A stretch of DNA of 64,000 bases, taken from positions 51,646,001 to 51,710,000 of the forward strand of contig NC_042998.1 in assembly GCF_006345805.1 (NCBI RefSeq), in the 5' to 3' direction. The translations under genes and the position numbers were made by a program. This document shows positions 25,811 through 38,236 of the stretch, one piece after another. The DNA comes from Octopus sinensis (lineage: Eukaryota). Position 1 is the first letter of the stretch; the number at the start of each line of letters is the position of its first letter. The notes beneath the pieces are model-generated. The model saw only the letters and a list, made by a program, of their open reading frames with translations, ran no database searches and was not told the origin of the DNA.

Positions 25811-27200
25811 CAGCAGGCAACAAGGATTCTGTTACAGAAGACCAAATGGGTGTTCTTAGCTAATTTCAATATGCCGATTTCAAATCTAAAATTAAATTTT
25901 TTTTCTATCATGTCTAGATTTTGTGTAAACTGTAAATTACTCACTAAAATTTCCTACAACATCTAGATTTTGGTTTTAATCAGCTTAATGCCCATAAGAT
26001 GAAACTTGATTTTGTTTGACAACTGTATACAAATTCTAACTATTTTGATCAATAAAATTTATCCCTAGTTGGCAACACTGAGTTAAGAGCGTAATAACAG
26101 CCCATGGTTAGTCACTACAGTCAAGTAAAGCTTTTGTTGAAGCTCTCTGCTGGTAATGAAGTAACAGGCTGTGGTAACGTGTTGTTATAGCATTTGTTTT
26201 GTACTATGATGTGTATTTCTTTTTACTTTGTACATCATAATTATTACTTTCTACATTTTTTCCCAAGATATTGTAGGATAATTAAAATGCATTCAAATAG
26301 ATGTGCTTGTGTAAATCACCCAGACAACTTCTGCTATATCCGAGAATAATACACACCTAAGCCAAAACAAAGATTAAACTTGCCTACAAAATATTATTTT
26401 GACTAAGTTAAGAGAGAGCAAGAGAGGGATGAATTGTAAAAGAAAAGCTATGCCATTCTCAGTTATTTATATTTGACAAAGATTACTGGTTTCCCAAAGA
26501 AAAGTAAAAAATTGTGTGCCCAAACTGTGAGTCAGCAATAAGTACCACACGATCAAACAACTCCACCAGCAATGACAACAGACAGCAGTTCATCTGAAGA
26601 TTCTGCAATTGATGCAGAAACAGGGAAAGATGCAACTAGTACCCCACATTTGTGCGGTCAAGTGGGTGTTAAATGATTAGTGTGCAATTTGGAGTTACCA
26701 AAAAAAAAATGGAAGAGTTGCCTGGTTCCAGACTTCAAACACCAAAGTTCCCCATTTCCAATATCGTCATTTGCAGTTTTCATTATTTTGTTTACTGGAG
26801 GAAAACGTTTGTTTCTGTCATGATATCAGTGGCCTGATGGAAAAGATTGGCTTTCACTATGATCCAAAAGAATGGAGACTGTTTACTGACTCTAGCACAG
26901 CTAACCATAAAGCTGTATTACTGTACAATGGCAATGAAAAGCTTTCATCCCTGTTCACTAATCATTTAAGTATGCTTGACATAAAACGCAGCATGGTAAA
27001 GTAGATTAGACAGCTTCTGTAATAGAAGTGGGTGAGAGAAAATGAAAAATATGGGTTTTCATTTACACAAAATCTGGACGAGATAGGAAAATTTAGATAT
27101 CAGATCTGAAATTAGCATTAGAAATTTGGTAGGAATCAGTGTTTTTGTTTTTTTTTACATGTCAGTAACAAAAAAAAAATGTTTAAATTTGTTGCTTTTT
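25811..27200 (+). mobile_element. Internally deleted DNA-transposon relic (tentatively CMC/Chapaev3-like)
   Basis: MHSNRCACVNHPDNFCYI at 26287 and FCHDISGLMEKIGFHYDPKEWRLFTDSS...KAVLLYNGN at ~26810-26940. Degenerate inverted ends gcaacaa...tgttac / gtaaca...ttgttgc. Family name is from memory. Confidence 0.7.
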
Positions 27201-27905
27201 AAGAGATAGAAACAGATAGTTTAGGTGATTTAAATAAATAAGAGTATATATAATTTAAATAAACTCACAAAAAAAAAATTACACTTTGAGATTAAAAATT
27301 AAATTTTAATATATATTCTATTGGGAGATTCATTCCTAGCTAGCTTTTCAGGACTTGTTATCTAATTACAGAAGTGGACGGGAGGTGAGGTGTGATGGGA
27401 AGGAGGCAGAAGATTAAGTTCGGGTGGGGGTAGAAGGTGCCAGCAAAAATAGTTTTAGGGTTATAGATTCCAACTTTTAAATAGTGTATGGGGTGAATGG
27501 GAGAAAAGAAAGCCAGTGGCCTTTTCTTTTTTTATTTTTTTTACACATTTTTACATTCAAGTTTACATTCAGTTGATTGGTTGAGACAATCTTATCCAAC
27601 ATCACTATATGTGAGCTAAAAGCTTTGCTATATCACAGTCTGTTCAGCAGATCCTAGCAAACCCGTACCTCAACAGGAAATAAAAAAAAAAAGAGCACGG
27701 ATAGGAATCTAACTTGGAAGATATATTGATACAACAGATCAATGCAGAACTCTTTCTTTGCTTTTTTTTTCTTTCAGAAATCTCTGAAAATCTTTAGTAG
27801 TCGTTTTTTATTATTTTTAATTTTTGTGTGGTCAATATTTGGTTTTTATCAATCTAACATTGAACAGGAGGGAAGGGGCCAAACAAGCACACAATGAGCT
27901 ATAGA

Positions 27906-27959
<54 letters not shown>

Positions 27960-29321
27960 TGTGTGTGTGTGTGGTGTGCGTACGTGCTATTCCTTTCAAT
28001 AATTTATTAGTTGTTATGCAAAGTAACATTCTTTTTAAACCTCAACAATAAACTGAATCTGCATTTACACACAACCAGAGAATGATTTCTGCAATTTTGT
28101 ATTTTTTTGTTTTAACTTCAAGAAATTATTTCAGCAAGGTTCTAGAAGGAAGTGGGAAGTTTTGGGGGAAAAGGCAGGGCATGGGAAGAAATCAAACCAA
28201 TATTATTTTAGTATTTTTTTTGTTAAATTTCATTGTTTTTTTTTTTGTTTTATACTTAGGAAAGGAAGAGCATGAGTTAGCTTATTATTTGTACACATGT
28301 TGGGGAGAAATCTTTTGAAAGACAAAAAACATCCTTGGAGGATCTATATTATTATTATTATTATTATTCCAACACACTTTGTTTGTACCATGTATTTATG
28401 TCTGTGTAAGACTGAGCAGGAGAGAGAATGTGTGCATGTGTGTGTGTGTGTGCGTGTATGAGCGAGAGAGAGTGAGGAAGGAAATGTATGTTCCAATTAA
28501 ACTTGTTTATAATAAACAGAATCTGAAAAGAAAATGTAAAAAGAAATTGGTTTCACTTCAAGCCAATCTTTCGCTCTCTCACTTTTTAATTAATATTATT
28601 CTTTCTTCGTTTTTTTGAGCATGTATGTAAAAATTAGCTTTCTCTTGAGACTAGGAAAAAAAAAAGGAGGGGAGTTGGAACTGGAAGAGGTGTAGGAATG
28701 GATCAAAAAAAAAAAAAAACCATCACAGAATGAGTTGGAAGTTAAATACTGACAACCAGTCGGAGAAATAAACATACATTTACATACACACAACTCACAC
28801 ACATACACACACAATTCTGTAAAAAGATATTTTTTTTCTTTTATAGATTAGTGTATGCATTAAATGTATGAAACATAAGATAGCTTAACTATCATTCAAA
28901 AACTACTCTGCTCACCATTAGGTAACCCAAATAAGATTTTTGACAGAGCAAGATCTTGAGAGAAATTTGCAATCACACCTTCACTCTTGCTTTCTGTTGT
29001 TTTTAGTTTTTGTTTTGTATTTGAACAGTTAAAATTACTTAATGCTTTTTTTTTTACTACTTTTTCTTTTTTTCCTTTTACTTTTAGCATTATATAGGAA
29101 AGAACAGGGTTTATCCCCATTTTTTGTTGTTTTCTATTTTTCATTTTTTTTTCCATTTTTTATATGCAAATTTATAGCCAAAAAGTGTTTGGCTGAAGTT
29201 TTTTTAATTAGTGACTTAGTAAATCCAAAGTCCAACAATCAGCTGGTCATTTGACAGTGAAAAAGGTCTAGAATCGCCATAGCATAAAGAAGGGTCAGAA
29301 AAGAAAGCCAAAGAGCCAATG

Positions 29322-29483
29322 TTAGGATCTCATCATAGCCATTTGCTTTTGGTCATAATCTGAAACCAACTTTTTTATATGTCTCAATTTGCGGTGTAGG
29401 AATTCAAATCTAATTTTAGTTTCCATAAATTTTGTGTTGTTTTTAGTTAGTTCATATTCTTTAAATATTTTCCTCTCCAGTTT
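29322..29483 (-). CDS. ELL: ELL last coding exon E12 (KLERKIFKEY...FLHRKLRHIKKLVSDYDQKQMAMMRS*)
   Basis: Poly-T tract + cag acceptor, 54 codons ending in TAA at 29322-29324. LH.KL.HIK.L...YD motif of the ELL C-terminus. Confidence 0.95.
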   Translation of the reverse strand, partial: KLERKIFKEYELTKNNTKFMETKIRFEFLHRKLRHIKKLVSDYDQKQMAMMRS

Positions 29484-30225
29484 CTGAAAAAAAAAAAAAA
29501 AAAAAAGAAATAAATAAATTAAATGGCATAAGTAAAAAAAAAAAAAATACTGAAAAATCAGAACAGAAAAAAACAGTAAAAATTTAAATAAATGACAGAA
29601 TAATTTGAATAAAGTCTCTGTAAAGACAAAAATATTTTTACAGAAATTTTGGGGCAGTCACAAGACTTTGGTCAATTTGGGGTTATAACAGAAGACATTT
29701 GTCTCAAGATGCCAAGCAGTGGGACTGAACCTGGAACCAAGTGGTTGAAAAGGAAAACTTAACCCATGGCCATGCATTATTATTATTAATTCAATAAGTA
29801 TTCTAAATGTCAACTGTATGCACAGTAACAATTTACTTGCACTCATAACTTTTTTTATCCAAGTAAACAATACCCATCTAATGAATCATATTCAATTTGC
29901 TTTCGAAATGTAGCAGACTAGTCGTGTTCACAACTATTACAGTCCTTGCATAGATTTTATTATACAGTTGGCTTTTCATAAATAAAGCAACAGTACCATT
30001 ATCACTTCCAAAACTTAACCCTTTAGCTGATTATTCTGCCACAGGTAATAATTGGGCAAACTGATTTGAATTAATCATGTATTATTTTATATCTTCAAGA
30101 TTTCAATGACATGATTATTTTTAATATGATAGTGTGTAGGTTAGGAGTGAGGGGTCAAATCTGACCAGTTTGAACTCAAGAATAATTAACTGGAGTAAAA
30201 AAAAAAAAACAACAATGTATTTTAC

Positions 30226-30397
30226 CTCGTAATCTGGAGACCCCTTTGAGACCTTCTTCATTTGGCTATTCCAATCCAGAAATTTCTGGGAGACTTTGTT
30301 AATAGCGATATATAATTGTTGGTATTCAAAATAGTCGACATTGAAGTCATTTTTATATTCCTGGCGTTGACTATCACGACATATCACAGAATATTTA
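30226..30397 (-). CDS. ELL: ELL exon E11, occludin/ELL C-terminal domain (KYSVICRDSQRQEYKNDFNVDYFEYQQLY...GSPDYE)
   Basis: tttcag/gtaaaa sites, 172 nt, phase 2-0. QR..YK.DF...Y.EY motif of the Occludin_ELL domain. Confidence 0.95.
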
Positions 30398-30507
30398 CTG
30401 AAAGAAAAAGATTCACAGTTTAGGAAAACTAGCATAATAAGTAAATCAAATAAAATTGAAGAAATCTCTAGCAAAAAAAAAATTTGAATGAACTGTCAGG
30501 AACTTAC

Positions 30508-30559
30508 TTTAGATAGTTAGAAGTATCATTGTCTGGTGAAGACGAAGGAGAAGGTATTT
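30508..30559 (-). CDS. ELL: ELL exon E10 (IPSPSSSPDNDTSNYL)
   Basis: tttcag/gtaagt sites, 52 nt, phase 1-2. Yields NYLNKY at the start of the occludin/ELL domain (ELL2 DYLIKY). Confidence 0.85.
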
Positions 30560-31413
30560 CTGAAATAATAAAATTATACGATCATATAAGATATAAAATA
30601 AAATATACAAACAAAATAAAATAAACAATCAAAAGAGGCTCTCAAGTGTTTGCTAAAATAATCGAGTATTTTTAGTTGTAGCTGTTCTTTAACCCCAGAT
30701 CAAGTATAGTGTTTGTTGGTCAAAAAATATTCCAGTCATAAACATTTTTTTTTCTTCTTTTTCTCGAGAAAGTACCCAAATTAGTAACAGTAACTAAAGC
30801 CAAAGTAACCTTGCACTTTTAAAGATAGTGAAGTGTGAAATGTGAGAGGTAAAGCTGCTATTTTGGGGAGTTAAAAAAAAAATCATACACAAGCACAACT
30901 TTCCTCAATAGCAGAGACATTATGACCAACTAGGACTTTTTTTTAACCACCAGGTATAATTTAAAACAAACAACCAAACAAACGTGTTTAATTTTTAATC
31001 ACTAAACCAATTCCAGACAGCATTTAGTAAGATCTGAACAGCAAACGTAGTCCATGTATTATGGTATTATTAAACTCCAACTCAACCCTGAATTACTTTA
31101 TGATCAAAAGCATTCCAGCAGTGACTATATCATTTTAGAGGTATTTACTTAATACTTAACACTACATTAAACAAAATGATTTAAGAGAAATTTAGCTTCT
31201 TTTTCCATCAGGGCTGAGAAATCAAGCAACTAGTGCCTTGCACATATGAACAAACACATACTTTGCATCTATTGTGATGGCACTTGTACTCCCCCAATAC
31301 ATCAATAAATTAACTACTAGACACTCTTCTATGAAAGCAAAGAAATAAAATTAAAAACAAAAACAAACCCCAACAACAACCCGTAATGTGGAAGTCTGAA
31401 GTAGAATACATAC

Positions 31414-31681
31414 CTTCATTTTTGCTGGACACAACAGCTTGATGATCACTGTAGTTGCTTCTAGAATTTTGATGAGTCTGGTTCTGATCAGCTGTTTTGT
31501 TCAGGCCATTAGTTAAAATGTTGTTTGCGACGTTATTGGAAGCTGAGTGGTTTTCGATTTTTGCGGATGGTTTCTTAACAGTCCCGTTCATTTGTTTGTC
31601 TCCCAACATGGGAGGTGAAACCCGTAGTTTCTTTGGAGGATGAAAATTACCATCGACAGCTGAACTGTCAGGCATTCGCTT
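31414..31681 (-). CDS. ELL: ELL exon E9 (KRMPDSSAVDGNFHPPKKLRVS...VVSSKNE)
   Basis: ttcttcag/gtatgt sites, 268 nt, phase 0-1. Part of ORF 31310..31675. Contains a basic NLS-like PPKKLR. Confidence 0.82.
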
Positions 31682-31837
31682 CTGAAGAATGCAAAATTGC
31701 TCAAAATATACCCAGAAATTGAAACTGGTAAAATGTTTATTATAACTATTACTATTACTAAGATTAATAAAATAAATAATGAAAGTGAACTAATGTACAG
31801 CACAGAAAACATAAACCGAGTACTGAATGATACTAAC

Positions 31838-31949
31838 TTGTAAATTGTTTGCCCCATAAGGACTACAGCTAGTAGGCAGGCTGTTATTGTGATGAGGTGA
31901 TGACTCTTCGGGAGAATTTGAAGCACTCCGACCATCAGTTGCTATTCTC
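31838..31949 (-). CDS. ELL: ELL exon E8 (RIATDGRSASNSPEESSPHHNNSLPTSCSPYGANNLQ)
   Basis: ttatcag/gttagt sites, 112 nt, phase 2-0. Low-complexity linker supported by phase fit between E7 and E9 rather than homology. Confidence 0.78.
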
Positions 31950-34547
31950 CTGATAAAGATAAAATGACATTGAATACACTATGGAAATAATACTTTGGAG
32001 TTATATACATAGCCATCAGAGCAATAATTGATGACGAATATATGTTGCATGTTGCTCTGAGAATAATCGTCCTCTAAAATCCTTTTAAACTACTTAAAAT
32101 TCTATTTAATATTACTTTCCTCTAAACTTATATATACACACCACCAAAATTAGTTAGAATAAACTTTTATAACAAAATGACTAGATTGCATATATATTAA
32201 GTATGCAAATAGGATAAGTTACTATGATTTTTAAAAGATACCTAAAAATTGGCTTCAGTTAAAGCAGTTGAGGAAGGATTAAAAAGCCTAATTATACTTA
32301 GAATTGATAGTGTTTCTATTTACAATACAACAGAAAAACAATTAGCAATTTCTTACTAGAAGAAAACTAAGGGCATTGAAAAATAAAATCTTGAAAAATC
32401 AAGGCATGGTGTTCATTCAATTAAGTGCTAAGTTTACAATCTTAACAGATATAAAAAATAAAAAAAAAAAGATTCCACCATATCATCTTTACGGCTAGAT
32501 AATTCTATCATTCTCGTAATGACTTCTCCAAAGGGTCAAACTATATATTAAAAAAAAAAAAAAGAATTTCTGCTTTTCCCAAGCAGTTCAACCCCCTTAG
32601 CATTCAGATTACTTGGTCAAATGTAATGCTTATTTATTCACATTGTTTTGAATTAATTCTACATTATCTTGTAGCTTTTTGATTTTGATGACATCACAGG
32701 GTAGGCGTGAGAGGCTGGATCTGGGTAGTTTTAGTAACAAAACAGTATTCAGGCTAGATATGGCCACTTTAAATGCTAAATATCAATATCAACCAATCCA
32801 AGACTGCTAGGATTTTGTGAGACAAAACCCACTTGTTTTAGTGTTCATATTTAAATCTTTTTATGTACTATCTATCCCAGTGTATAAGATATGTTTATGC
32901 ATGAGACACAGTGCATGAGGAAACATTAAATTTGTTTTTTTCCTACAAGTAGGGATGTATCTGATACAATGGCAAATATGGTAGTTCTGCTCCAAGCACC
33001 CATTCAATAATGTAAAAGTTATTTTTACAAATTATTCATTATTCTCAAAATCAAATGAAATGCATACAATGTGTTTTCATAAGAAATATGGTAACAAAAG
33101 AATTTAAAATTTTGACCTAAACATTTTAAGAAAAATAGTTACTGAATGGTTAAAATGATATTTCCTGAAAGAATTTGGAGAAATTGAACAATTAGCAACA
33201 GTGATGTTGCATGGCATGTGAATGCTATGTAGTTGCAGTTGTTGTTAAGCCCCAAAAGACCTATGATTAAAAGCATTCTTGTCATGACTATTGAATCTAG
33301 GACTACACTATTCAACGTGTATTTCTCTTTTTAGGATGACTGGGTGTGATTTGCGAAATGTTGGTTGCTATTTCTAGCAAATGGAGTGACCATGCAGGGC
33401 TAGCTTTGTTGGCTTACTGGAATTTTAAAGACTGAGACGGAAAAGTATTCTGTACTAATGGCAGTCAAGCATAGGTAAGTCAGTCCTAAGTAGGCAAAAA
33501 GCTTTCAGAGATGGTGCTGAGCTCACTGTAGTTGCCAAACTTGAAAGTTTCAGAAAGAGGTAAAGGAGAAAAGACATGTCCAGCAGTCTAGTTCTAACTC
33601 TCTCACAGCAGATGTGAAAAGGTTTATAAATAACAAACCTAATTCAATATTACATTGCACTTTAAAGATTAGCTGTGAACATATAATAAACAGGAAGTAC
33701 AGAAGTGTTTCTTTTGCGAAAACGCATGACTATTCACAGCAGTCAACACATTAATTTTAATACTTCCTATATTTCCTTGAATCAGGTTTAGTTCCAAGCC
33801 TACAGACAGAACAGACCCATGATCAAAGATGCAAGCTGCATTTTTTCTTTCAGTTTTAGTGTATATAAAACAATATTATAAAATCTGATCTTCCATTTTC
33901 AAAGACAGTATGGTACGAGTTAGCTGTTATTCTCAGGCAGGTTATTGGCTCTTCATTCTTATGCTAAATTGTTTACTGTGACTGAAGATTTCCCCCTATG
34001 TCACTAGTCTGCATGATCAAAAAGACATACTTATCAGAGTTGAGGTAAAAACTATATATTAAATGATTGGCATTAAGAAAAGCATTTAGTAGTGGAAATA
34101 CTGTCAAAGCAGTCCTCTTACTATGGAATTTGGACAGCAGATGACAATGGGCTTTCTTGACTTAAATATAAATACCAGCTCGGTGCTAAGACTGCCAAAA
34201 GGTGCAATATAAAAGGAGTTCTTCATCCAATGACAGTACAGAATAAACCTGCAATTTGATCTTGGAGGTGTAGAGTAGGACTTTGAAGCAATCTTAGGAG
34301 GGGACAACCGTTAGGAAGGGCTGTAGAAACCATGCCAAATCAGACTGGAGTCTGGTGCAGCTCCCCAGCTCTGATCAAACCATCCAACCCATGCCAGAAT
34401 GGACAATGAACATTAAATGATAATGATAATATATATATATTTTCATTAGAGAGCTTAGTTACAATTTGGGGCAGGAGGAAAAAACGCAAAATGAAAATTC
34501 AAACCTATTTAAAATTGTAGGAGTATGAAAATTGTAAAACAACCTAC

Positions 34548-34707
34548 CTTCGAACTAACTGACGCTCCCCGTCTGAGTAATAGGGCCATTCTAACCGCAC
34601 TTCACTCAATACGTGTTTGGCCAAAGTATATTTATTATCTTTATATTGTGAGGCAACATCATCTAATATAGATGCTAAACATTCTTTATCCTTATCAAGT
34701 ATGCCAT
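34548..34707 (-). CDS. ELL: ELL exon E7 (DGILDKDKECLASILDDVASQYKDNKYTLAKHVLSEVRLEWPYYSDGERQLVR)
   Basis: tttcag/gtaggt sites, 160 nt, phase 1-2. Matches the ELL DG...KD...L..IL..VA....Y.L......WP.Y segment. Confidence 0.94.
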
Positions 34708-34799
34708 CTGAAATTAAAAATTTGAAAAGAACAATTGAAAAATAAAGAAAGGAATTTTTTTTTTTTTTTAAACAAATAGTTTACTACAACACAGTTTAA

Positions 34800-35023
34800 C
34801 CCTTTAGTGTTTGCATTATTCTACCAAAATTAATGCTGCTTTTTTATCCACATTGTCTTGAACTAATCATGCATTATCTTGTAGCTGTGAGATTTTGATG
34901 AGGTAGCTGTTAATTTTTAAAACAATATTGTAGGGTTGGTGTGAGAGACTAGATCTGGCCGGTTTGAACATAAAACAGTCAGAATACTTTTGGCCGGATA
35001 TGGCCGGTTTAAATGCTAAAGGG
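34800..35023 (+). mobile_element. piggyBac-type MITE (224 bp), TTAA TSD
   Basis: ttaa|ccctttag...ctaaaggg|ttaa. Related copies at ~30019, 32590, 36567(-), 40880, 43045/43323, 44220-44478(-) and 57921. Confidence 0.88.
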
Positions 35024-35618
35024 TTAATTCTATTTCAAATTTTTTATGAAGCAGATCATAACTCAGGTATGGTTAAGAAGTTCACAGCAGAACCAAGTAA
35101 TTAAGGGCTCGTTTCCAGTGTGCAGCACTGCTGGCTGGTGGTCATCTACTATAACCACAGGCTGACCGCTGCAGAAACTGTAAAGAGTCCATCCTGTGTG
35201 TGTATATGGGGGTGGGAGAGAGAATGTGTTCCCACCTCGTTTTGGACATCTGCATGCTGATAGGAAAAGCTATCATTCATAGAAGCAGTGTTGTTTTATA
35301 ATATCCCCCCCAAAAAATAAAAAACATATTTGTGCATTGAATTGTGTTGTTTCAAGGAATAAGTGAATATATTAGCTTGTTTCCAAACAAGTGGATATCT
35401 TCTTGAAAATCCAGCCATTGAAAATCTGCTCTTGTGCAAGCAAGGAAATGCTGGCATTAAAACAGTGATGATGTTAATGATATTTATGTATGAATTAGTT
35501 AATCATTCAGTTCAAGATTCAAATATTTTAGATGCATTATTATTTATTTAGCAACAACTGAAACAAATTCGAAAACAGAGATAGAAAAAATCCAAAAAAA
35601 TAAAAAAAAATGTCGTAC

Positions 35619-35689
35619 CTTTTTTCAACCGTAGCAGCAACTCAGCCTTATTATAAGGTCGTAGAGCCAATAAATGAATAATTCTATCA
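35619..35689 (-). CDS. ELL: ELL exon E6 (DRIIHLLALRPYNKAELLLRLKK)
   Basis: tttcag/gtacga sites, 71 nt, phase 2-1. Hallmark ELL motif (ELL2 RDRVIHLLALKAYKKPELLARL). Confidence 0.96.
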
Positions 35690-36141
35690 CTGAAATTAAA
35701 TTTGAGGAACAAATTATTAGTAACACAGTAGAAGGTGAAAAAAACAACTGAAAGACACAAACACAGTTCTATGCTATAATAATGGATTAGATGGCAGGTG
35801 AATTAAAGCAGGACTTATACAGTCATGTGCTCTTCCAGTCATCAACCCTTAGCCATTTTACATGAAATTCAAAATCAGAGCTAGTGGAGGATTTGACACG
35901 ATATTTCAACAACATCAAAACAAAATAAGAACATGCTCTCTTTCTCTCACCTCTCATACACTCATGCATACATAACACAACAGGCTTCTTAAAATAAACA
36001 CAAAAGCTGACTTCGTTGTTTGTAGCCCAGTGTAGGTGGCAATCATTCATAGACATTACACAAACACATACATATAATTTAATGTTATATATATATATAT
36101 ATATAAATAAATAAAGAGGGAAATTAAATTTTGACACTAAC

Positions 36142-36471
36142 CGATATGGTTCATCAACTATAGCTGATTTATGAGCATTTCTTTTTATGCTGCTCCCTGA
36201 ATGAGAAAAACCAGTTCCAGTATGCGGTGACGATGAAGAGTGTAAAGATGGTAGTCTACTCTGGCTAGAATATCCATTACCAACAGAATTGGAATGACTA
36301 CCAGAGTTGCCTGATACCCCAGAGTGGTGGGATAAGTGATGGGAACCATGGCCAGACCATGATTGGCTTATTGCACTTGGAGTTTTATTCAAAGACATAG
36401 CATTAGAGTTTTTATGGACCTTTTTGTATATGTGGCGCATAAACGACCCAGTTGGCTTGATTTCCTTCGTG
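36142..36471 (-). CDS. ELL: ELL exon E5 (TKEIKPTGSF... His/Ser/Gly-rich linker ...DEPYR)
   Basis: ctccag/gttagt sites, 330 nt, phase 2-2. Part of ORF 35823..36515. Its ends join ELL motifs (TK.IKP; PYR-DRIIHLL). Confidence 0.9.
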
Positions 36472-36566
36472 CTGGAGAAGAAAAAAAGAAAATGATTATA
36501 GCATTCAGCTATCAAGTCATAAAGATAAACAACAATTAAAATTAGCCTTCTTGAGGAGTTCCATGT

Positions 36567-36739
36567 TTAGACCAACCAAATCTGGCCTATCACACCTACT
36601 CTACAATGCCATATTAATAATTAACAACCACATCATTAAAAACATGAAGCTATGAGGTGATGCATGATTAATTCAAAACAGCATGAATAGAATAAAAAGT
36701 GTTACATTTGACAGAGTAATCTGAGTGCTAAAGAGGTAA
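36567..36739 (-). mobile_element. Same TTAA-MITE family, reverse orientation, partial
   Basis: Reverse complement reads cctctttagcactcagattactctgtcaaatgtaac...gtaggtgtgataggccagattt. Confidence 0.8.
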
Positions 36740-37734
36740 AGTATTCAACTAATTAGGGGGGGGGGGCGTGTTAAGTAGACAGAACAAAAGACCTCTTTAT
36801 GCTCTGGAGAATTACTATCTTAACTATTCAGTCTTTGCTTTGGGAAGAATGATTATGGTATCAATTGGATTTGAAAGTAGGACATCAAACTACGATTGAT
36901 ATAGTAAAACATGTGCTTACAGCCAATGACCACAACACCTTGAATGTGATAATACTGAGGGGGATTAAATACAAAAAAATGCTAAAATCAACCAACATTT
37001 CATTTCATTTTTTTCTTCTTCTTTTAATGGACTGAGAAGAAAATCTCATTTGGTTTAATATCCCTTATTTCATATTAGTATGGCTAAGGTGGGGTGTAAT
37101 CAAGATAGTAATGATGGCCAGAAACTCTCTCCCTATTGCCAACCCGTAGCTCATTTCTAAGCAAAGCATTTTTTTCTTTTTTTACTCCAGAGGAATTTGA
37201 AAGCATAGGACTACAATTTGTTAGCAGGAAATGCCATTGTCACCAATTGTAGCCATAACTCACTGTGAGTTGTCACAGACACATAATTTAAAATTAGAAA
37301 TAGACAATATTGTTGAGGAAGAATAGCCTGAACATTGATAGACATGGTAATAACTCCAGGTAGGCTTCAGTCCTGATTATACCCACACAGTAGAGGTGTT
37401 GGCCAGATCAATAGGGAAAGGACAAAAAAAAAAAAGCATAATATTTGAACTATCCTGGTCAACTCAATACATTTCCAGTTTTTAGCTGTTCAAAATGAAT
37501 TCTTTTTCCAGCCGAAGTTAAATGAGTTTTGTGAAGTTGATCATATGTAATTTTAGGAAGGGTATTTCTAGTTTCACGGCCTGTAACAGATGTCAGCTTA
37601 TGTTCTACACAGAGGTAAGTAAAATATATTTTAAAAAGGAGCCATATTGCTGAATTAAACTTCAAAAGCATAAAATTGGAATTTAAATCATTCTAAACAG
37701 TCATAACTTAATGGTATTGAAGTATGGTATTCAA

Positions 37735-37965
37735 GGCGGTGAGCTGGCAGAACCGTTAGCACGATGGGTGAAATGCTTAGCGGTATTTCGTCTGCAACTA
37801 GGTTCTGAGTTCAAATTCCACCGAGGTCGACTTTGCCTTTCATCCTTTCGGGGTCGATTAAATAAGTTCCAGTTACGCACTGGGGTCGATGTAATCGACT
37901 TAATACCTTTGTCTGTCCTTGTTTGTCCCCTCTGTGTTTAGCCCCTTGTGGGTAGTAAAGAAATA
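37735..37965 (+). mobile_element. Young full-length family-A SINE in ELL intron 4
   Basis: CpGs intact. TSD ggtattcaa at 37726-37734 and 37966-37974. Confidence 0.92.
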
Positions 37966-38236
37966 GGTATTCAAGTATGATTTTTTATATGTATATTTTA
38001 ATGTGAACAGAACTGTGCATACACATGGAACATATGGTTCTTAACACAGGAAATTTTCACCCCAAGCTGAAACAAGATATTCAATTGCTGTAAAATCCCC
38101 ATATGAACAGCTATCTACAAGCTTTAGGGATTTCAGCTTACAGTAATTGATGAAATGAACTAAAACTTATTCAAAAGAAACCAGTATGTATTGTTTTGTA
38201 GCAGTTTAAAAGTAAAAAAAAAAAAAAAAAACTCAC

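Noticed and set aside
29000-29160. ORF 28896..29156 as a further ELL exon
   Set aside because: ELL already terminates at 29322 with the canonical C-terminal motif. This is A/T-rich 3' sequence.
31588-31935. 115-aa hydrophobic ORF
   Set aside because: It is an out-of-frame read across E8, a T-rich intron and E9.
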